Shown piece after piece: positions 58,831 through 64,000 of a DNA stretch of 64,000 nt. The stretch is taken from positions 20,518,546 to 20,582,545 of the forward strand of contig NC_052158.1 of NCBI RefSeq assembly GCF_902713615.1. The letters run 5' to 3'. A program made the translations under genes and the position numbers. How positions within the stretch are numbered: position 1 is the first letter of the stretch; every line of letters starts with the position of its first letter. Source of the DNA: Scyliorhinus canicula. Its lineage: Eukaryota. The notes under the pieces are model-generated. The model was not told the origin of the DNA. It saw nothing but the letters and a program-made list of their open reading frames with translations, and did no database searches.

Positions 58831-60292
58831 TAAAGAGTATTCCAGGTTGGTGCTGGGCCTTGGGTTTATAGACAATGGCTAATGGAGCACCTATCAAAAG
58901 GTCAGATTTGACTGTACTTCTGTCATATTAAATGGTCACTGTTTTGGAATGTAATTTATATACTTCATGCTCAAACTATATTTTGGGGAAAGTGGCGGTG
59001 TTCCCAGGAGCACGTGTTTGGAGCAGCTGCTGGAGATGCAATCGGCAAAATCATCCAGCTATAAAACACCGAGGGGCTGGGAAAGTGTGGCCACCCTCTA
59101 TCACCCCCCCCCCCCCCCCCCCCCCCGCCCCACCACCCCCATCCCCGTGTATGTGCCGGATATGGAATTGACATTGTGAACAGCACCATTTGTGAAACTG
59201 TGTTGAGACGTCCCGGGCAGGAAAATGCTTCACGGAGAGAGGGTGAATCCTATCGCACTTCCTGTAATTCTCAATTTGAAATGTTTTCTCCTCGGGCTGT
59301 TTATTTGACAGGGAATGTCCATTGTCCAAAATCTCAGGATTACTGAAATTGTATTGAGGCCCCTCCCAGCGGATGTGCTGGATGGAGAAAAGTTACATTT
59401 CATTGCACATTCTGTAATGTTCAATTTTAAAAATGTTTTTCAATGTACTTATACAAATATTACGAATAAAGTATATTTTTTGGCGGGAAAGACGTCCAAG
59501 TCAGGATTTTATTTATTCAGGGACTTTTTTAATTCATTTTTTCCATGGCGGTGGGTTTCGCTGGCTATTCCCAGGTATCTGCTGCTTTTGTCCTCACCCA
59601 AGCAGTGTGGGGAAAGCAGGATTAACGTCAGTGCAATGGGGGTGGGTGGATGCAGACTGAGTTACAGTGTGTTAGAGCAGCGGTTATGTTATTACAGGAC
59701 AGTAAGAAAGGGGCTGGGGTAGGAGTTACTGCGTTACAATGTGAGAGAGCAGGATTCATGTCGGTCCACACACGGTTTTCACTCCAATCGCTTCAGAAAT
59801 ATACAATCTGTCCCTCACTCTGCCACCTAGTGGTGTCACTCAGAAATGCTGCACAACAATTTGTTACAATTACAAACATTAATTGAAATTGGGTGCACTG
59901 AAATGTACTTCGAGTTTCTTTCCAACGGAATATTCACAATGAGGTTAAAAACTTGACGATGTGGATCACCCAGGGCGCCGGGAATTTCCAAGGAGCAGGG
60001 CAGGAATACAATTGTCGAGTTTGTAATCTGGATGGAAACATTTTGCCCTCAGCATTGTTCTTGGTTTAGTTTGGGAGTCGCTGCTGCTGATAAAATATAC
60101 ACCTGAGATCTGCAGTAAAACCTATAGTTACTGATAAAATGAGATGGTGTCAGCAGCGAATCGAATGGTGCAGCTGGAGCAGCGGTTCAGCCTGTGGTCT
60201 GATGTTTTTTTTTGAGGGGGGGGGGGTGTGAGCCACAGTGGGGGAGGGGCGGTATTGAATTGATCTGTGCACCCAGCACATCCTCAAAAGTA

Positions 60293-60658
60293 GAACATAG
60301 ATTTACATAGAATTTACAGTGCAGAAGGAGGCCATTCGGCCCATCGAATCTGCACCGTCTCTTGGAAAGAGCACCCTACCCCCTACCCAAGGTCAACACC
60401 TCCACCCTATCCCCATAACCCAGTAACCCCACCCAACACTAAGGGCAATTTTGGACACTGAGGGCAATTTATCATGGCCAATCCACCTAGCCCGCACATC
60501 TTTGGACTGTGGGAGGAAACCGGAGCACCCGGAGGAAACCCACGCACACACGGGGAGGATGTGCAGACTCCGCACAGACAGTGACCCAAGCCGGAATCGA
60601 ACCTGGGACCCTGGAGCTGTGAAGCGATTGTGCTATCCACAATGCTACCGTGCTGCCC
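60293..60658 (-). mobile_element. HE1-type V-SINE, followed by a CR1 3' end to ~60840
   Basis: Reverse-complement head, core and tail. Confidence 0.9.
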
Positions 60659-61090
60659 AGTACAGTACAGCACAGAGCAGGCCCTTCAGCCCTCCATGTT
60701 GTGCCGAGAATTGTCGGAAACCAAGATCAAGCTATCCCACTCCCTGTCATTCTGGTGTGCTCCATGTGCCTATCCAATAACCGCTTGAAAGTTCCTAAAG
60801 TGTCCGACTCCACTATCACAGCAGGCAGTTCATTCCACACTCAAAGTTACTTTCATTCTGAGCAATTTAGTTTAAACCGGTTTTTTTAACGTGTGCCTTC
60901 AAATTGTGGAGTTAATCTGTCAAAACTTGTTCCCTGGGTGAATTGCTGACAATCTCAGAGACAGTTGTTGGCGTTGGTCACTTCCACTGCTGCCAGCTCC
61001 CAGCCACAGGCTGCTGCACCCAGTCACCTGGACACAGTGGCCCCATCTCATTGGCATCTTCTCGCTGTCTCCTTACTTTGATGTGGGGAG

Positions 61091-61166
61091 ATGGACAGAG
61101 AAACCAATGGCTTCGTCAACTTCACCAGCGGGTGCCTTTTGATCTGCTACTTTATTTCCATTTTCG
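61091..61166 (+). pseudogene. Ig-receptor copy 2 exon 1 (signal peptide, MDRETNGFVNFTSGCLLICYFISIF)
   Basis: 76 nt, phase-1 GTAAG donor, same as copy 1. Confidence 0.8.
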
Positions 61167-61690
61167 GTAAGTTCTTACATTTGTTTCACTGTGAAGGTAT
61201 TTCTGCAGCTAGTTTCAGTTAACTCTGTGTGGCTGACGGTGTTTACTGGAGCTGGGGTTAATCACCCTCCCGGGCCAGTGAGTGAAGCTAATCACAGTTC
61301 ATTAGATCTTCAATTTCATTCAGTGTGAGTCCTGGGAACAGATACAGTCTCCCGTCACACCCTGTGCTCCAGTTAATGTTCCGCAAAGAGCTAAAGGATC
61401 TTTTAGCGGTAGATGGTAAATAGGGTTTTCTTCCAGAGATTTTAATTTGATTTTAATTCGACAATTACTAATTATTAAAACCCTCAATTGTCGCATTTTC
61501 TGTTTTTGTTTCAGATTCCAGTATCCACAGTAATTTGCCTTTTTTTTAAATTTTGGGATGAATTCGATTTTTAAAAACTAAATGATTACAATTCAGAGAT
61601 AGGCCGCTTGGGTCAACCAGTCTAAACATTTCGCTCGTCACAAACCTCTCCCCCAGTCTTTTCAATCCAGCTCTCCATCACCATACCCAT

Positions 61691-61908
61691 TGATGTACTG
61701 TCAATTACCGCGAGACGACAATGGTGACACAATGGAGGCTTTATTGCACAAGATATTGTGCCTCCTGCAGCTGGAACAGCACAGGAGAACATACACCTTT
61801 ATACGCCGCCTGCTGGGAGGAGCCAGCAGACTGGGATTTACTGTGGTACCTGTAATACAGTAGCAGGACCGTAATACATGCAATGTGTTACTAGTGGTGT
61901 TTACCACA
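61691..61908 (-). mobile_element. Solo LTR, 218 bp, 5-bp TSD CCCAT
   Basis: TG...CA termini; CCCAT at 61686-61690 and 61909-61913; related to the 36663 LTR. Confidence 0.88.
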
Positions 61909-62747
61909 CCCATTTGTTCCTTTCTGCTCGTACTGCGGGTTCCATTAATTGGCAGCTCACGTCCCAACTGCCCCAAGTCACAGTCCCACCACTCTCTGCA
62001 TAAACACCGAGTTTTCCTGGGAATTTCTCAGAGACCATTGATTGGTAATGAGTTAAATACACTTCTAAAGATCTGAAATGCACAGCCTGAAAAGAAGATG
62101 GCAGATATGACAGTAACTCCCCGAAGAAGAATTGGATATAAAATTGATCTAGAAACAGAACTATAGGATAGTGAGGGAGAGAGAGACAGAGAGAATGAGA
62201 GAGCAGAATAAAACATCAGCAGACAAAGCAGATAAAGAGAACAAGTTAAGGCACGATGCACAAAATGGCGCCATTCTCTTCTATATGAATCTGTTATTCG
62301 ACAACTATATCTTGTTGTATTTGACTGTTGTGTCGCTTCTTTCCAATGTACAAGTTAGTTATAGTCTAACTATAGACCTTCTCTTAACAATCCCCTGCTG
62401 ACTGCTCCGGATCAACCCTTCTCTTTCTAAATAACCACTCGTTCTGCCCCCAGATTTTATTTTTCGTTACATTAATTCCCTAAGGAAGTCATTCCAAACA
62501 TTAACTCTGTTTTTCTCTCCACAGACGTTGCCAGATGCTGAGCTTTTCCAGCATTTTCTCTTTTCATTTCAGAATTCCGGCATCCGCTGTATTTAACTTC
62601 GGAATTTTTGTTCACGCTCTTGGTGTTTTGGGATTTCTAACCAATGGGATGTCTTGTGGCGGCCTCTCTGTGTGAAAGCATTGATCGGAATTTGGAGCTG
62701 GTTTTATCCTTCCCAGAGCGATTTTGTGCATTGTTTCTGTGTTGCAG

Positions 62748-63305
62748 CCTCGGGAATCGGTGTTACTGTGAGGGTCCATCAGAGAGAAGTGATGGGGACA
62801 GTGGACCAGTCCGTCCTTCTCCCTGTCTCCTATTCCACACTCACACCCGGCTCCACTTTACGGATACAGTGGGGTTTATTCCCCGGAGACTCTCCATTTG
62901 TGAGACTGACCCGATCAAACTGCTCCCCAGACCCTGACAGATCCGGTTATAACTGTTCAGATCATAAGACCATAAGACCATAAGACATAGGAGTGGAAGT
63001 AAGGCCATTCGGCCCATCGAGTCCACTCCACCATTCAATCATGGTTGATTTCAACTCCATTTACCCGCTCTCTCCCCATAGCCCTTAATTCCTCGAGAAA
63101 TCAAGAATTTTCGAGAAATCAAGAAATCACCGACAGACAGCTCCTTCCTACCGGGACCGAGTTCACCTCTACCCAGAGAATGGATCCTTGTTACTGTGGG
63201 ATTTACAGCCCAGTGACAGCGGGGTCTATGCGATATCTGTTTATAGTGATGGTGGGAACACAGCCTGGAGAGGCAATGTGACTTTAACCGTGTATAACAA
63301 GACAG
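62748..63305 (+). pseudogene. Ig-receptor copy 2 V exon disrupted by a CR1 insertion
   Basis: Near-identical to copy 1 exon plus 165 nt; stop at 62981-62983. Confidence 0.9.
62965..63125 (-). mobile_element. Short CR1 3'-end insertion, TSD ATCA
   Basis: (CATAAGAC)n tail, GGCCATTCGGCCCATCGAG; ATCA at 62961-62964 and 63126-63129. Confidence 0.88.
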
Positions 63306-63456
63306 GTAAGAATTCACAATCTCTTTATCCAATTATTCCTCGGTGCGTTTTGCTAATAGCGGTTTTTTTTAACTGCGGTGGCCTTGTCGTTTGGAAACAA
63401 ACTGAGTAATTAGTTATTGTTTTCCGAAGTTGTTGCAATTATCATTCTTCTTCCAG

Positions 63457-63635
63457 ACACGGAGTCTCCCGCCCCGAGCAGCACCGAGCGAGCGGAGACC
63501 AGCAGAGAATTCCCAGCCCACCGAGCCGCTCTCCTGCTCCGGGGGAGCATCTTTGGCGGAGTGACTGTGCTGGGGGCCTGTCTGTACTTGTGTGTGAGCC
63601 GGAGATACAGAGAGAGAACCGAGGACAGGACATAG
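63457..63635 (+). pseudogene. Ig-receptor copy 2 stalk/TM exon with 8-nt deletion and early stop
   Basis: AALLLRGSIFGGVTVLGACLYLCVSRRYRERTEDRT*; lacks AGCGGGAG relative to copy 1. Confidence 0.85.
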
Positions 63636-64000
63636 ACCCGCAGGTGGAGATGTGCAGGGCAGGAACATGTTGCACAATTCAAACGATTGGCAATCCCACT
63701 GGAACCGTAATAACTTCCTTCCAATATTCAGATCAACTCAACATCACAGGACATGGAATCTGGCATTTCTCCAGATATCTAACCTCTTGAATCGAGTATA
63801 ATTTGTCTCCATTTTACATTATTTATTCGCATTTGTTATTTCAAGGTGACTCGTGTAGATCTGGGGAACCTCCGCGCCCCTCCCCCAACAAAATTCACCC
63901 TCAGTAATATCCTCCCTCTGAGTGCTACCATTTACTAAGGTGCAACCTGACATCCATACAGCCTGATCTCAGACAGCAATAGCCCCTCTTGGCCCAGTCC

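Noticed and set aside
90-60658. tRNA genes suggested by A/B-box-like motifs (TAGC...GG, GGTTCGA.TCCC)
   Set aside because: All are SINE heads followed by SINE cores or tails; no cloverleaf with acceptor stem.

Overview
Vertebrate, repeat-dense genomic DNA. The HE1-type V-SINEs, CR1 LINEs and DeuSINE-like copies point to an elasmobranch, probably a catshark-like shark (inference). Most of the window is nested transposable elements: tRNA-derived SINEs, CR1/Tx1/Penelope LINE pieces, Gypsy remnants and solo LTRs, a hAT element, and PIF/Harbinger-like elements with MITEs. There is also a ~5 kb C/A-rich minisatellite (31.4-36.4 kb). The only host gene supportable from sequence is a tandem array of single-V-domain Ig-superfamily type I membrane genes (CD2/SLAM/CEACAM/HEPACAM/VSTM5-like fold) at 49-64 kb: one apparently intact copy (53784-56590), one disrupted copy (61091-63635) and an orphan promoter/leader relic (~50233). 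The transmembrane segment carries an arginine, and each unit is preceded by a homologous block with a CTCF-like motif. The most unusual structure is an 'inside-out' Gypsy element at 19183-22225: a circularly permuted PPT-LTR-PBS body inside oppositely oriented LTR termini with a candidate 5-bp TSD. Repeat boundaries are approximate unless a TSD is given.
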